The notes: generated from the letters alone by a model not told the origin. A DNA stretch of 63,686 nucleotides, filler included, from Rozella allomycis CSF55 (GCA_000442015.1; 10 parts of 10 records of this genome joined end to end with filler, not necessarily neighbours in it); one strand, 5' to 3'; shown: positions 25,052 through 38,488, counted from the whole stretch's first letter. Numbers and translations are program-made.

Positions 25052-26420
25052 TTATGTAAAATAGCCTAGAATTGAAATTTTGTCACCGACCGAAATGTCC
25101 TTGTCAGCAACTATTCTAATACGATGAGAGTCAGTGTATTCAATCTTGGCATTTGGAAATTCATCTTTGGCAAGAAAGTTTGAAAGTTCATAGAACCCAA
25201 CCCCAGCTACTTTGGAAAGATCAGGTGCTGCAACAGACAAATAGTTATCTAATTCCTTTGCGTTAGTGGCATCGCGAACTGGAGAATCATCAACGGAGAA
25301 GCCAATCATGTTTCCACTAACTAGACCTTTAACGATTAAGAAAGTCGTTGGTTCTAATAGAGCAGCAAAGTCTGGATTCTTCTTTGGATCAGTGAATCTA
25401 GACAAATCGCCAATCTTGCTGATTTCTTCTTCAAAGTTCAAATTTTGATCGAATTGCATTGTCTCTAAATGATTTGTCATTCTCATTTGAAGTTTTGGAG
25501 CTGAAAATTTAGCCAAGAACTTAAATGTCAAAGCTAAATCCAATGGAAGTCCAAAAACAGATTCATTTTCTTTATTAAAAGGCAACATCAACTTTTCATA
25601 ATCATCAAAGCTCTTCTTCATCACTTGTTCAGAAATGTAAAATCTACCATTTGGACTTTGCGCAGCGTTTTCTTTGTCCAACTTCATTTGAGTATCAAAG
25701 CAATATTCACTTTGATCAAGATCAGAACACAAAACAGACACAACTGGAACTTCTTCATACACCAACTCTCCTTGCTTAATATCTTTCGTTGCATGCATCG
25801 TAACAACGAGCTTCTTAAATTCAGACAAATCACTAAGCACTGTTTCATCGGTAGACAACTCAACATTCGCATTTGGAGGCACCAAACTGGCCAAGTACGT
25901 TCTCAACTGAAAAACCGTTTCGCTGCTAACTTTCGATGCAACACATTCAGACAAATCTCTTCCATAAGTTTGCTCAATCATTCTCAACAAATTAGGTGCA
26001 TCAGGAACCAGTCTCACTGCCTTGGCAATATACTCCGCAGCTTCCATGAACTTGCTAGGCCCCATCTGCGCAAACGTTTCTCCGATCGCCAAAAGCCTTT
26101 GCAAATACTCAACTCTTTCATTCTGAGACATTAACGCTATTTGCTCCATGCTAATTTCAAGAATTCCTTCAGTTCCTTTTCTTTCCTTTTCCTTTTTCGT
26201 TTGTTTCTTGGCATCTTTCTGCGCCTTCTCTTCGCTCTTCAACTTCTTTTTAGCTTTCTTCTTTTCCGCAGCTATGTAAATATTTGACAACACATATACC
26301 CAAGTTTGCACGATATTCAGGATCATTTCGGCGCTTATAGTCAAAATATGCTGCATAACCAATAGTAGCAGCTGCTGCTGCAAATATGGTCACTCCCGTA
26401 ATGGTTTTCCAATTCGCCAT
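25052..26420 (-). CDS. TOM20: Mitochondrial import receptor Tom20 fused to a C-terminal degenerate SET-like domain
   Basis: Exon 1 MANWKTITGVTIFAAAATIGYAAYFDYKRRNDPEYRANL carries the Tom20 signature; 28-nt intron at 26272-26299; TPR-like GETFAQMG...EAAEYIAKAVRLVP; then MHATKDIKQGELVYEEVP ... GVGFY...PNA ... IVADKDISVGDKISI. Confidence 0.85.
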
Positions 26421-26760
26421 CACCTGACCCTGGCTATTCCAAAATAGGGCATTAAAAGCAACTGATAAAAAATGTTCAAATATCCAACATCCTTTGGCTC
26501 ACAGTTCAATAAATTGAAAAACTAAGAAATCTAAGAATGAAAATAATATATAATTACAAGCTTTCTAAAATTTGTCATTCTTAAAGTTCTCGTTTATTTA
26601 ATGTTCCTTCTCAAGAGTCAAGATCTCATTGAAAGTTGAAAGTCGATATTTAAGGTCATGAAATGATTAAAAAATATGTAAGGATTATCCACTAAATTCC
26701 GACATTTAGATTTTTAGATCAACAATTTTCGGAAAGTGACCCTGGTTTAAACTTTTAAAG

Positions 26761-27934
26761 ATGACTTTTTTCTATTGTCGCGTCCTTATTGTCCTCGTTC
26801 TCGTTTATGTTCACGTTTCAGCGTTTCCAATGACACTAGACCTTCAAGAATATGCAGGTAATAACGAACAACTTAGACAAATTTTGCGAGCAGTGTCAGT
26901 TGACACAGGTAAATGGATTATTTCGATATCACGTAGATGATAACACCCCAAAACTGGAAAATGTGAGGCGAATCGAAAAAATCAAACCAGATTTTGTTGA
27001 AGCATTAAGAAATTTTCGCACCGTGACTTATGTGGATGGTGTTGTTAAAAGGGACTCTGATGTGGCCAAAAAAATAGTGAAAATAGCCAATGACGCAGAT
27101 TCATTAATGGATGATTATTGTTCTACGGTCGTATCGCGCCTTAGTGAATCCTTAGATCGTTGCAACTCAAAACTAAGGTCAATAATAGATGTCTTGGGCT
27201 GTATGCTGAACAACTTAAATGATGAAAAAGAGCTTCAGAAGTATACAAGAGCCCTACAAAAGAGGATACAGGGTGTGACACAATTATATTCTGATTTTGA
27301 AGATCACGATAAAACTGTTAGAATTTTTACAGGAAAATTCGAAAATGCCGCTGAATCGATGAATTCTCTGAAAAGAGAGGTTGATCAATTATGCCTTCAA
27401 GAAAGAAGCGATTTAATGAATAACTTCAAACGCCTTTTCACTGAAATAACATTGAACGGGAAAAAACAAAGCATTAATAATCACTACGAAGAATGCAACG
27501 ATAGAGGTGTTAGAGCTTTACTGTTGACTTTGGCCATCTATGTGAGTAAAAAACAAATGGATGGAGAGAATGACTTTGCCTTGGATTTTGATCCAAAAGA
27601 TGACTATGTTTTAGTAAATAATAATGGTGAAGCGGATTGTGTTCCTTATTATGATCTTTCTAAAGCTTTACAATGTGTTGATGGTAAAATCCCAGAGGTA
27701 GACATTTTTTTGAAAAATATATCAAACGTGAATTCAGAAATTCGGGTGCACAAAACTGCTATAAAAAAATTATCGACAAAGTTTAATACGCTTATTTGTG
27801 GCTCCAAAGATGCTATTGAAAACAGTATTGACATAACAGACTTCGAAATTAAAGATTTAGTTTTTGAGGCAGCATGTGCAAGATATCACGGCGAACTATT
27901 TCTTAAAGCATTACAACACTTTCATATGTGTTGA
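26761..27934 (+). CDS. Secreted helical protein family, copy 2 (~381 aa)
   Basis: Signal peptide MTFFYCRVLIVLVLVYVHVSA-FP; 28-nt intron at 26909-26936; intact frame. Confidence 0.8.
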
Positions 27935-28346
27935 GAGTGTTGATCAATATCAATAAAAACTAAATTCGCGATAATTTTTTTACATCTATTAGTTCTTCGT
28001 TAACTGGACGGAGTGTTTTTATGATTTAACTAGATATTCCACAAATTTTGATTTTGGATGCTTTTGAAAATTTAAAAAAATGAATATATGGACTATTCAT
28101 TAAATTTAAAATAGCAAATGAAAAGCCGTTGTGGCTGAGTTTATTTAAAAGTTTTTCTTCAGCCAGGGTACATGATTTCAGAATTTCCGGAATAGCAAAT
28201 AAAACAATATTCAAGATTGTTCACATTCTCCCCCCTCTTGTGGAATGAAGTCGGAAGGCATTCAGGGTCATCAGAGTCTTCATAGTTTAAATCATTTGGA
28301 TCAGANGATCCTTGAGTTTCAAAATTTTGCATCAACCCTGGCCAAG

Positions 28347-29532
28347 ATGAAGTTTTTCTATTGCCACGTCTTTATTATAATCGCGTATGTTCTTCATGTT
28401 TCTGGATTTCCTGCAGGTTTAGATCTGCAAGAATATGGTCGCAACAACCAGAAACTTAAAGAAGTGCTGAAAGACGTTACAATAAATTCAGCAGGTGATC
28501 GCATTTATGAAAATTTAGGTAGATGATGATGAACAACTCAAAAACGTCCAAGTCATTGAGCAGATCAAACCTTCATTTTCTAAAGCTCTAAAAGAGTTCC
28601 GTGCCGTGTCCTATGTCGATGGTGTCGTAAAACGGGGCTCACAGGAAGCAGCGGAAATAGAGAAAATAGCGAATGATGCTAATGATTTAATGGATAATTA
28701 TTGTAGTGTTGTAGTTAGCCAAGTTATGGAGGGTCTTGAATCTTGCATAGAAAATCTTCAAAACACATTAGTCATTCTTGGGCGATTTCTGGAAGCAGTA
28801 ATTGACCAAAAAAATTACCCAAAACTTTGTCAACAACTTACGTCGAGAATAAAAGATGTGGAAGATACCTATCATGAATTTGGCGACCTCGAGAAAACAG
28901 TCACCGAATACGTTAACAAATTTTCAAAGCTGGTAATTTCGATGGACAGTCTGAAAAGTGACATTGTAGCATTATGTCGCAAAGAAAGAGACCATATAAT
29001 GGATGATTTCTGTGGTACTTTCGAAGAAATCATATTGGACGGGAAAAAGCAAGCCATTAATAAGCATTACGTAGAATCGGACGATGACGGTAGAAAAGCT
29101 TTGTTGTTAACTTTGGCAATCTATGTGAAGAAAAAAGCGATGGATGGTGCTAATGATTTTAGCTTGGATTTCGAACCTAAAGATGACCACGTAGTAATAT
29201 TCAATGATGATCAAGCCGATTGCATTCCTTATCATGACGTTTGCAGAGCTTTACAATGTGTCACAAACAAGATTCCGGAAGTAGATGAGTTCTTGGAGAA
29301 ATTGAATGAAGTGTCTTCACATATCCGTGTTCATAAAAATGCAATCATGAGAGTAAAGAACAAGTGTAAACCATTGACGAGAATCGTCAAAAACGTTGCC
29401 AAAGAAAATGTGGAAACAAGTGATCGCGATGAAATTGAAGACGAAATCACCAGTGCTTGCCGCTTTACAGCGGCTATGATTCGTTACAGCGATATTTTTC
29501 TGAAGGCATTGGAAAACTTCAATAAGTTTTAA
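28347..29532 (+). CDS. Secreted helical protein family, copy 3 (~385 aa)
   Basis: Signal peptide MKFFYCHVFIIIAYVLHVSG-FP; 28-nt intron at 28495-28522; intact frame. Confidence 0.8.
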
Positions 29533-30107
29533 GAGAAATTAATAAAATATCTCTTCGGTGCATCACCATGCCTTATTCTTATTTCCTCATTGTTTGAAAC
29601 GTTGTACGAGACAATTTCAACGGTGAGAGAGGAGTACAAATTCAAAAAGATGACAAGGTTTCAGGCTCATGAAATGAGCTACCTTTTACATAATACATTC
29701 AGATATTCATTACTTATGTTTCTACTTTAGTAGTATTCATTACTTTATTAGAATAATATATATTATATTACATAATTTGATAAAAGTTTTCGATTCCGTT
29801 TAAGTTTTTGTTTGTTGATTATTAGTTCTTACATAAAGGATGTATCGATATCCTGCATCCACTTTTTCAGAAAAAATTAAAATATTATTAAATGTAGCTC
29901 CATGCACTATCCATAGGGGAAATATTTCTATTTTTCTCGAACGTCTTATGAACACAGTATTATAATTTAAGCACTTAGATTCTTAGCCGCCAATGACACA
30001 AACAATTAAAGTAAAACTTGTTTCCCAATGTTTCAACTATTCTGTAAATTTCGGAAAATTCCCGATGAAAAATTTTCAGAACGTGGCTTAACCCTCTACG
30101 CTCATCC

Positions 30108-30468
30108 ATGACTGTAAGTTTGATGATATTATTTTTATTTTTCCTTTGACTTTCTCTATTTCTGGTGTGTAGGATGGCCTAATATGTAGTTAGCTGTTGA
30201 CTTGTTGAACCCAACTGTTGCCTCTGAAGAACGCAAACACAAACTCAAGCGTTTGGTACAATCTCCAAACTCATACTTTATGGACGTCAAGTGTGAAGGT
30301 ATGTAGATTTAATATCTGACAATAACAGGTTGCTTTAAATTCACTACCATCTTTTCCCATGCTCAGACTGTCGTTGTTTGCTCTGGCTGCACCAACGTTT
30401 TATGCCAACCAACTGGAGGAAAAGTTCGTTTGACTGAAGGTTGCCAATTCCGTAAGAAGAGCAATTAA
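30108..30468 (+). CDS. RPS27: 40S ribosomal protein eS27; absent from the ORF track
   Basis: Spliced [84 protein letters not shown]. Confidence 0.97.
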
Positions 30469-30547
30469 ATAAATCATATTTGTTGTTTTCATAATCCATT
30501 ATCCAGTGCATTTATTTAAGTTATTGCAATTGTTTGTCATTGGCATA

Positions 30548-32319
30548 ATGAACTCTGATTCAATTTATTCTGCGAAATCAAAAAAAACTAAGTCTTTGTA
30601 ATACTAACCCTTGTCCGTGTTTTATGGAAAGGGATTTTGTGCTATCAAAAATACTACACGATAATGCAGATCCTTTTTTCACATCATTTTTGTTGAACGA
30701 TGGGAAATATCCCATAACTGAATATAGCTTGGTTGATAATGCCTACTACAAGGAGAAGGATCTACTATTTCAATCCGACGGGGATGATTTGGATATTGAG
30801 CTTAAATTGCCTTCAATGAACCAGGAAGAAAACGAATTTATTGAATCCTTTGATCTTAAATTAACGGAGTGGTTTCAAGATCGTCCAAAGCCTCAAATAA
30901 ATAAATTGAATCAGCATCGAGAAGAGCGTAAAAATGTTGTTTCAAGAAAAGAGAGCATGGAAGTGATCGATATAGAAGAATCTGACAAAGAGGAAACGGT
31001 GCAACAAAGACTAGCCAAGCAAGGTTGCGAGTTTAAAACTGCTAAACAGTTATATGTAATGGTCGAATAAATGTCAAATAGGATAAAAATATGAAATCCA
31101 AAAAGAAATCGTATAATCAAGAGGAATCGGAAAAGGAAAACAAAAGCGAACCAGTTAGGCGGGGTAGAAATTTGGGAATGATGAGATCTTCCCTTCACCC
31201 ATACATGAATAAAAAGAATGATGATAATGAAGAAACAGAGAGGTCACAACCAACTTCAATTTATGGTGGAAATAAACTTAAAAGATCTGTGAAGAGACCA
31301 AAAGTTGAAGAAGATGAAGAATGCGAAGACGAAAGATTAAAGAATATTGACCCTAAAATGGTTAAAATGATAGAAAATGAAGTAAATTTGTTTGTATCGT
31401 TTAAAAGATTATGGAAGTCGCCAATGCTGTGACTTGGGATGATATTGCAGGGCTTGACCATCCCAAAAAGACAATAAAAGAAATTGTGGTTTGGCCAATG
31501 CTTCGCCCTGATATATTTACGGGTTTGAGGGGTCCTCCAAAAGGAATTTTATTGTTTGGTCCACCAGGCACAGGAAAAACGATGTTTGGTAAATGTATTG
31601 CCAGTCAAGTCAACGCAACCTTCTTTTCTATCAGCGCATCTGCACTAACTTCCAAATGGATTGGAGAAGGCGAGAAAATGGTGCGTGCGCTGTTTGCTGT
31701 TGCAAGGGTTAAACAACCATCTGTCATATTCATTGATGAAATCGACTCTTTGCTCACACAAAGAACAGACAATGAAGTGGAAGCATCGCGCAGAATAAAA
31801 ACAGAATTTCTGATTCAGTTCGTAACTATCTTTTTCAAAATGAATAGGATGGTGCAGGCACTGATGCGAATGATAGGATTCTCTTGATAGGAGCAACAAA
31901 CAGGCCACATGAAATCGATGAGGCAGCGAGAAGGCGTTTGTCTAAAAGGCTGTATATCCCTCTGCCAGATGAAGTTGCTAGAGGAACTATTGTTAAAACA
32001 CTAATGAAAACTCAGCAATCTTCATTGTCTGATGCTGAGATTACTGAAATTGCAAAGAAAACCGAAGGATATTCAGGGTCAGATATGGCTAATCTTTGCA
32101 GAGAAGCTGCGTTGGGTAATAATGCGGTGTTGAGGCTATTTAGGTCCTATTCGATCTATTGATGATATTGAAAATATATCATTGGAGAATGTTAGACCTA
32201 TACAACTGTGCGACTTTATAAATGCTTTAGATCAAATTAGAGCGAGCGTTTCGGACAAAGATTTGGACATGTACGAAAAGTGGAACCAGGATTATGGATC
32301 GGTTAGTAAAATAAAGTAA
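30548..32319 (+). CDS. FIGNL1: Fidgetin-like AAA ATPase; start approximate
   Basis: FKTAKQL motif, [65 protein letters not shown] and [16 protein letters not shown]. Confidence 0.9.
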
Positions 32320-32420
32320 TACAGATATTTACAATTTTTTTTACTATTATCGAGTTACTTCCAGACTAATGAACTTAATCACTATCATTCATTGGTGACC
32401 AATTTGTTTACGAATTTTCG

Positions 32421-35173
32421 ATGAAATCAAAAATTGAGACCTGGAAACATACGCATAAAANCAAAAATTGAGACCTGGAAACATACGCATAAAATCAACA
32501 ACGCGTCATTCAAGAAGAAGGTTTATTTTTCAGATTCCAGGGGATATATTTGTTCCCTTTCCAAGTAGAAATGTTTTGAAGATTTTATAGCACCAATGAT
32601 AGTATCAGGTGTATTTCAAAGCAAGGAATTCAAATTAATTGTTTAAAAGAATTTAATTCTAACATTTTGATAGCCGGAATGTCAGACGGATCAGTTAGAA
32701 TAATTCAATCAGGTACTACATTGAAATTGATTTGAGAGAGAGTGGAAGTTTAATAGCAACTTTGAAAGGACATACATCTTCTGTGAACTATTTGGATTCA
32801 CATAGAGACCAGAGAACTTTACTGAGTGGATCGGAAAATGAATGTTTCCTGTGGGATATTATTGAAAAGAAAAAGAAACGGGTATTGATTGGCGCAGCTA
32901 GTGTTGGAATACATCATGTAAGTGAATGCAATGAATAGCTTAGGCCATTTTTTCACCCAGCGGAGACAAAGTGGTGACAATGTTCAAAGATAATGAGATT
33001 GCTGTTTGGAGCTTTGAAACGTTTTATTGCTTGTACAAGATTTCAATTGACGTGGGAATTGAAGCATTTCCGAGTGATCAAGAGTCTATTGACGTGGATA
33101 TAACGTTGCCAATCAGTCAATCAAAATTTCAGTTAATGCAACAACCACTTTGCTTTAGCAGTGATGGAACTTTGCTAGTGATTGTTTCAATTGTGTAATA
33201 CATGAGAATTTCTCAAATGAAAGGGATTCAAGTTTATTTGTTTGGAAATGGAATGAACAAAGTTTACATCAACAAATTGATATTCCATTATTCAAAGAAG
33301 CAAATGGGTTTAATACGCCAATTAAGCAAGCAAAGTTTATAGGAAATACAAAAGTATTTTGAATAGCAATGTTAAATGTAGTTGATTGGGATAGTGTCTT
33401 CGATTGGTCTATTCATAATCGTTGATGCTGAAACAGGCAAACTTGTTTATAAAATGCCCAAAACAGTTCTATTTGATTTTGTGGAATTTTCAAAAGATGG
33501 AAAGTTTTTATTAGGAGTTCCTTCAGAAGATCCTAAAGCGATTAAATTGATGAATCTAAAGGATTTTATCAAAGTAAATAGCTATTGTGGCTTTGAATAA
33601 ATAGCCAAAGGAAGAAACTTTTGTGAAAATAATAAATTCAGATGATAATGAAACAGGAATACAAATAAATGATCCGTTTACTGTTGAAAATCAAGGAAAC
33701 AAAATAAAACCAGAATTAAAAAAGAAAAAAGAATTAGAATGCATTAGCTTTTTAGATTTAATTGAATTGAATGAAAATAATACAAAAATTAACAAGAAAA
33801 AGCTGTTGAATTATTTAAGGAATTTTGGAGAATTTCCTGAAAAATACAGAATTTTGATTTGGCGGTTTTTGTTGAGACTTCCAGAAAACAGGCAGCCATT
33901 TCAGTCGTTATGCGACAAGGGACTACATCCAGCATTTGAAAAGATTAACAGAAAATATCCCATTAAAAGTTATCAAATGATTAAAACACTTGAACGAGTA
34001 TTGTCATGCTTAGGGCATTGGAGTCCATTGTTTGCAGAATGTGATTATTTCCCCAGTTTTGTGTTTCCTTTTGTAAATCTATTTAAAGGGTCTTGGAATA
34101 CTTTTACTTGTTTTGAACTTGTTTTAACAATCATTTTAAATTGGTGTCAACATTGGTTTGAATATTTTCCTTCAGCGCCTCTACATGTTCTTACAATGGT
34201 CCATGACTTGGTCAAATTCCATGACAAGAACCTTTTTAATCATTTAACTAAATTTAATATCAACGCTCAAGTATTTTGTTTCATCGTTTTCTTAATAAAA
34301 GATTTACGCTTGGCCAATTCTTCAAACTTTCTTTGCATCTCATTTTTCTTCTGATGAATGGGCTGTTTTGATGGATCATATTATAAGTGAAGATCCTTCA
34401 TTTATTTATTATTTGACTGTTGCTTACATTCGCTATCACAGAGAAACATTTCTAAACATGAAAACTATTCAAGAATTCAATGTAAAATTTATCGTTATCT
34501 TCAATAGAAATTTCATGAACAATCCATTCCTACAAATGTCAAAATGCTTTTAAAATCAGCTAAAAAGATTCAAACTTCAACACCAACAGAAATTGATATC
34601 CCCAAGGACATCATTGAACCTTTTAAACCGATTCCTAGATCTCCATCTGCTTATCCTCTCTTTTCAAACTACCCAGTCAAAATCGTTCATTTTCAAAAAA
34701 AAGTTCGAGATAAAATTAGAAGAGAAGAATTAGATTTTCTTCAACGAAAGTAACAATCATGATTATATTGCATTAAGAAAAGTTTTACATGAATTATCAC
34801 AACTACACCAAGACATTGAAACAGATGAAAGAAAATGGATAGACTATGACAATAAAGTTTCCACTATGATGGATGAATTTTGGGACAAACTAATCAAAGA
34901 CGAAAATGATCATCAAGAAAAAGTTTCAAAGTAATAATATCTTCATATAATCACAGAATCAATGCATTAGAAACTGAACAGCGAACAAAGTTGCTCAAAA
35001 ATATTCAAAAAGTTCGTCAAAACTTGGTTCATCAAAGTGACTCTTTTTTAAATAAACAAAAGGATTGGGAATTCAAGCTTGATACCGCTAGGGCTTCTTT
35101 ACGGGAAACCAAAATTGTGGGACACGAAGAATTTCAAAAGTTGATTGACGAGGAAAATGAAATTTTGAAATAA
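32421..35173 (+). CDS. TBC1D31: WD40 + Rab-GAP TBC + coiled-coil protein (TBC1D31/WDR67)
   Basis: WD repeats, then FGEFPEKYRILIWRFLLRLPEN, LERVLSCLGHWSPLF, NWCQHWFEYFPSAPL and YPLFSNYP. Confidence 0.85.
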
Positions 35174-35491
35174 ACAATTAGAAATTAGATAACGCATTTT
35201 AATTCTTTTCATGTAATAATTCTTTTGAATTGTGTTTGCGATGGGATGTATTCACATGGTGTCGTAGTACAAGATGCTGNNNNNNNNNNNNNNNNNNNNN
35301 NNNNNNNNNNNNNNNNNNNNNNNTTAATTAATTAANNNNNNNNNNNNNNNNNNNNNNNNNNNNNNNNNNNNNNNNNNNNAGAAGAAAAGACTGAAGAAAA
35401 GAAAGAAACAGAGGAATCAAAATAATTCTTTTAAAAATTAATTCATAAACATAATTATTTTTATAACATTAAAATTGTTTTAAAACTTTTA

Positions 35492-38464
35492 TTATTTTAA
35501 CATTTTAGCGATTGATTTACAAAATTCAGAGTCTTGTGAAGAACAAAGATTGGTATATTTTAGAGAGAGCCATTTGTAGTAATTTAATTCAATAGATTTT
35601 TGTTTGATTGAATTGAGTATTGAATTTAATTCGTTTATATTGTTTGAAATTGAATTAAAGTTTGGAGAAATGAATTCAAATCCACTTGAAGCGAATTCAT
35701 TGCCAAAAGGTTTATCTTCCAGAAATGGTGGGATTGGACGTTTAGAATAATAAAAGAAATAAATAGCAAGGATGGATATAAACAAGAAGAGAAAGAATGA
35801 AATTTTAAGGTAGAGAGTTGAATTGGATGTGTCGTTTGAAGACAAGGAAGGGATAGAATCACCTTGAGTGCCACCTGTAAGATCTATAGCAGCTTTTGAG
35901 AAATTTACTGCAAATTCAGAAAGTGGGGGAATTGAAGCATTTTTAATCATTCCTTTGAATAAAGTTGAAGTGGATTACCTTTCATCATTGTAGATTTTAT
36001 GAATTTGACGCCAAAAGTGATTTTGCACAGAGATTGATTTGAACCATTTTGAGTGATACAGAATCTACAAACAGTTTGAAAACAATCGCCATATGGGATG
36101 TCAGGGGTGCTACCACAGAAATCAACAATGACGCAACCTGAATCTTTTTTTAACAATTGCCACGTTTCATGACAAATTGTAGATTTAGCTTTAACGAATG
36201 GATTGTTTACAGGGACGCTAAAACTTAATTTTCTTTCATTATTAGACCAGGGTTTTAAATCGAAATCTTTTCTTATTTTAAAGAGAAATTTACCAAAACA
36301 ATTTGAAGGAGATTTTTCTCTTAAATCTTTAATAAAAGTAGAATCATCAGAAAATAACAATTTAAAAACTTGTAAAGGATTATTTGAAAGAGTTAAAGGT
36401 GCAGCTTGATTGTCATAATGATCATTGCATCCACAATCTTTAGAGAATCAATTTAGGAAATTTACCAATTTGATTTTGATTTATTTCTTGATTTGTTTCT
36501 AATCCTTTTAAAATTAAGTTTATTGATTCTGTTAATTCTCTTAATTGCTTTAATTGTTTATTTTTTGAAAGAAATTCCAAAACATCTGAATTTTTAACGT
36601 TATCAATAAACAACTTGAAATTAAACTAACAGATTACAAGGGTGGAATTACTTGATTGTCGAAAGAGTGAATTGTTAGAGAAGTGTAGAGGGAAGAATCT
36701 TTTCTTTCAATTAATTTAATCTTTTCATTTTCAATTATTAAAACTGTAATAAATCCAAGAATATTTGAATAAAAACAAATTCTATTTTGTGTTAAATATA
36801 TTCTCCCTTGCAAGAGAATATCTTTCTGAAGTGCACATGGGAAAGCTTTATTAAACATTTTATTAATTTACAATGCAAACAAATGTCACTCAAAGGAACA
36901 GATTTGAAATTCTCGTGAAGTTCATCATTTCTCTTTTTTAAACTTTCATTCACAATCTCAAAATTTATTTCTTCTTTATCTTCAATCTCAATCTCTTCTT
37001 TTTCAAACTGATCAATCGCTAATTCTTTACTCTTGATCACATTCTCTTCTTCTCCTCCACCTTCTTCAGCAAACACTGATTGCTGTTTAGCCCTCTCAAA
37101 TGTTTTTATCCATCCATCCATCTCCTCTTGTGACTCTGCTTGCAACGTTATCGATTTCTTTGATGAAATAACTTCAAAACAAAATCTTCTATCTTGCACC
37201 TCTATTGGCTTCACATGACACAACAACACATTAATCTCACTAGACTTGCAATGCTTTCCCTTTCTCTATATTTCCCATGATTTACCCTGGCTTTAGATGG
37301 AAAATAATAATAGAAATTTCCATTCTCTATCACAAAAAAACTTCTATTCCAAACAGTCGCTATCCCCTTTCCTTGCTTCTTCTTAAACAAATACCCCTTC
37401 TTGCTCCCAGTAACCCTTGCGGGTATCGCATCTGGCTTACTCTGCTCTACAAACACCTCTCATCCAACCAAAACTTCAATTACTTGCTCACTCAACTCTG
37501 CCTTTGCTTTAAACTCTGAATATTTCTCATTCAACAAATTCTCTTCCTACTTGAAATCTCTCCATCCATTTTACATGCTTCATCAACGGCTCAAGCTCAT
37601 CAAGAACTGGCACATACGTATTCAAAATATCAAACGAATTGGAATAATAATCAACATGATTCCGCAACGCAAAAATAAACTTTACAATCATCACATCCAT
37701 GTTACCTTGTTCAAAATTAGTGGATTAATCTTGCTCTTAAATTCCTCCAATTTCTTACAATGCGCAAACGACGCCTTTCCATACATCTTTCTATTCTCAT
37801 ACAACTGATACGCATCCTCCTTAATCTATTCATCTATCTTTACTTCCTTCAACGCAGATGCCTCTTTCAACTTTGAAAGCGTCGAAAACCTCAACAACGC
37901 ATTCTCATACTTTTCTTGCGCTCTTTCAAACGCCTTTCTGGATTCTCTCAGCTCTTTAATATCATTCTTTATAAATTCAGCCAACGGATTATACAACTGC
38001 TCTTCAAGCGACGTCGCCTACAAACCATCAACCACACACTTACCAGTCTTTTCTTAAACTGTGTCAGCGTCCCAAACAACTGCGATATAGTCTTTATCGT
38101 CGGCACAGTCTTGCTCCCATCTATATCTCCACCGAAATTTCCATANGTCTTGCTCCCATCTATATCCCCACCAAAATTTCCATACCCAGCAGTTCCGACA
38201 CCTGGCATTCCCCAAGCATTCCAACATAGCTGTCCTCCAATTCAAGCTTCCCTAAAACACCCAACTTTAACCCATACTCTTTTCATCATCGCATTTGCTC
38301 TTCAGCGTCTTGGCAATAGACTCTAACCACTTGACAATCTCATCAACCTCATCTTCTATCTTTTGCACACTCGCCCGGTACACTGGCGAATCGTACATCG
38401 GATCATCAACAGACAGTGATGTAGATGCTACAATCTCATGGAACTGCGTTGGAGAAGAGGTCAT
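35492..38464 (-). CDS. BAR-PH-GRAM-VASt-TM sterol transfer protein (Sip3/Lam1 type)
   Basis: DSPVYRASV (BAR start), KKGYLFKK...WNRSFF and DRRFCFEV...LQAES (PH), FPCALQKDILLQGRIYLTQNRICFYSNILG (GRAM), TPDIPYGDCF (VASt) and a C-terminal TM helix. Confidence 0.85.
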
Positions 38465-38488
38465 CCCGAATTTCTGTAAATATCGGAA

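Noticed and set aside
38095-38185. Tandem YGNFGGDIDGSK repeat
   Set aside because: The duplication straddles an 'n' at 38146; the same artefact type occurs at 17329, 21576, 22265, 32461, 45041 and 53726.
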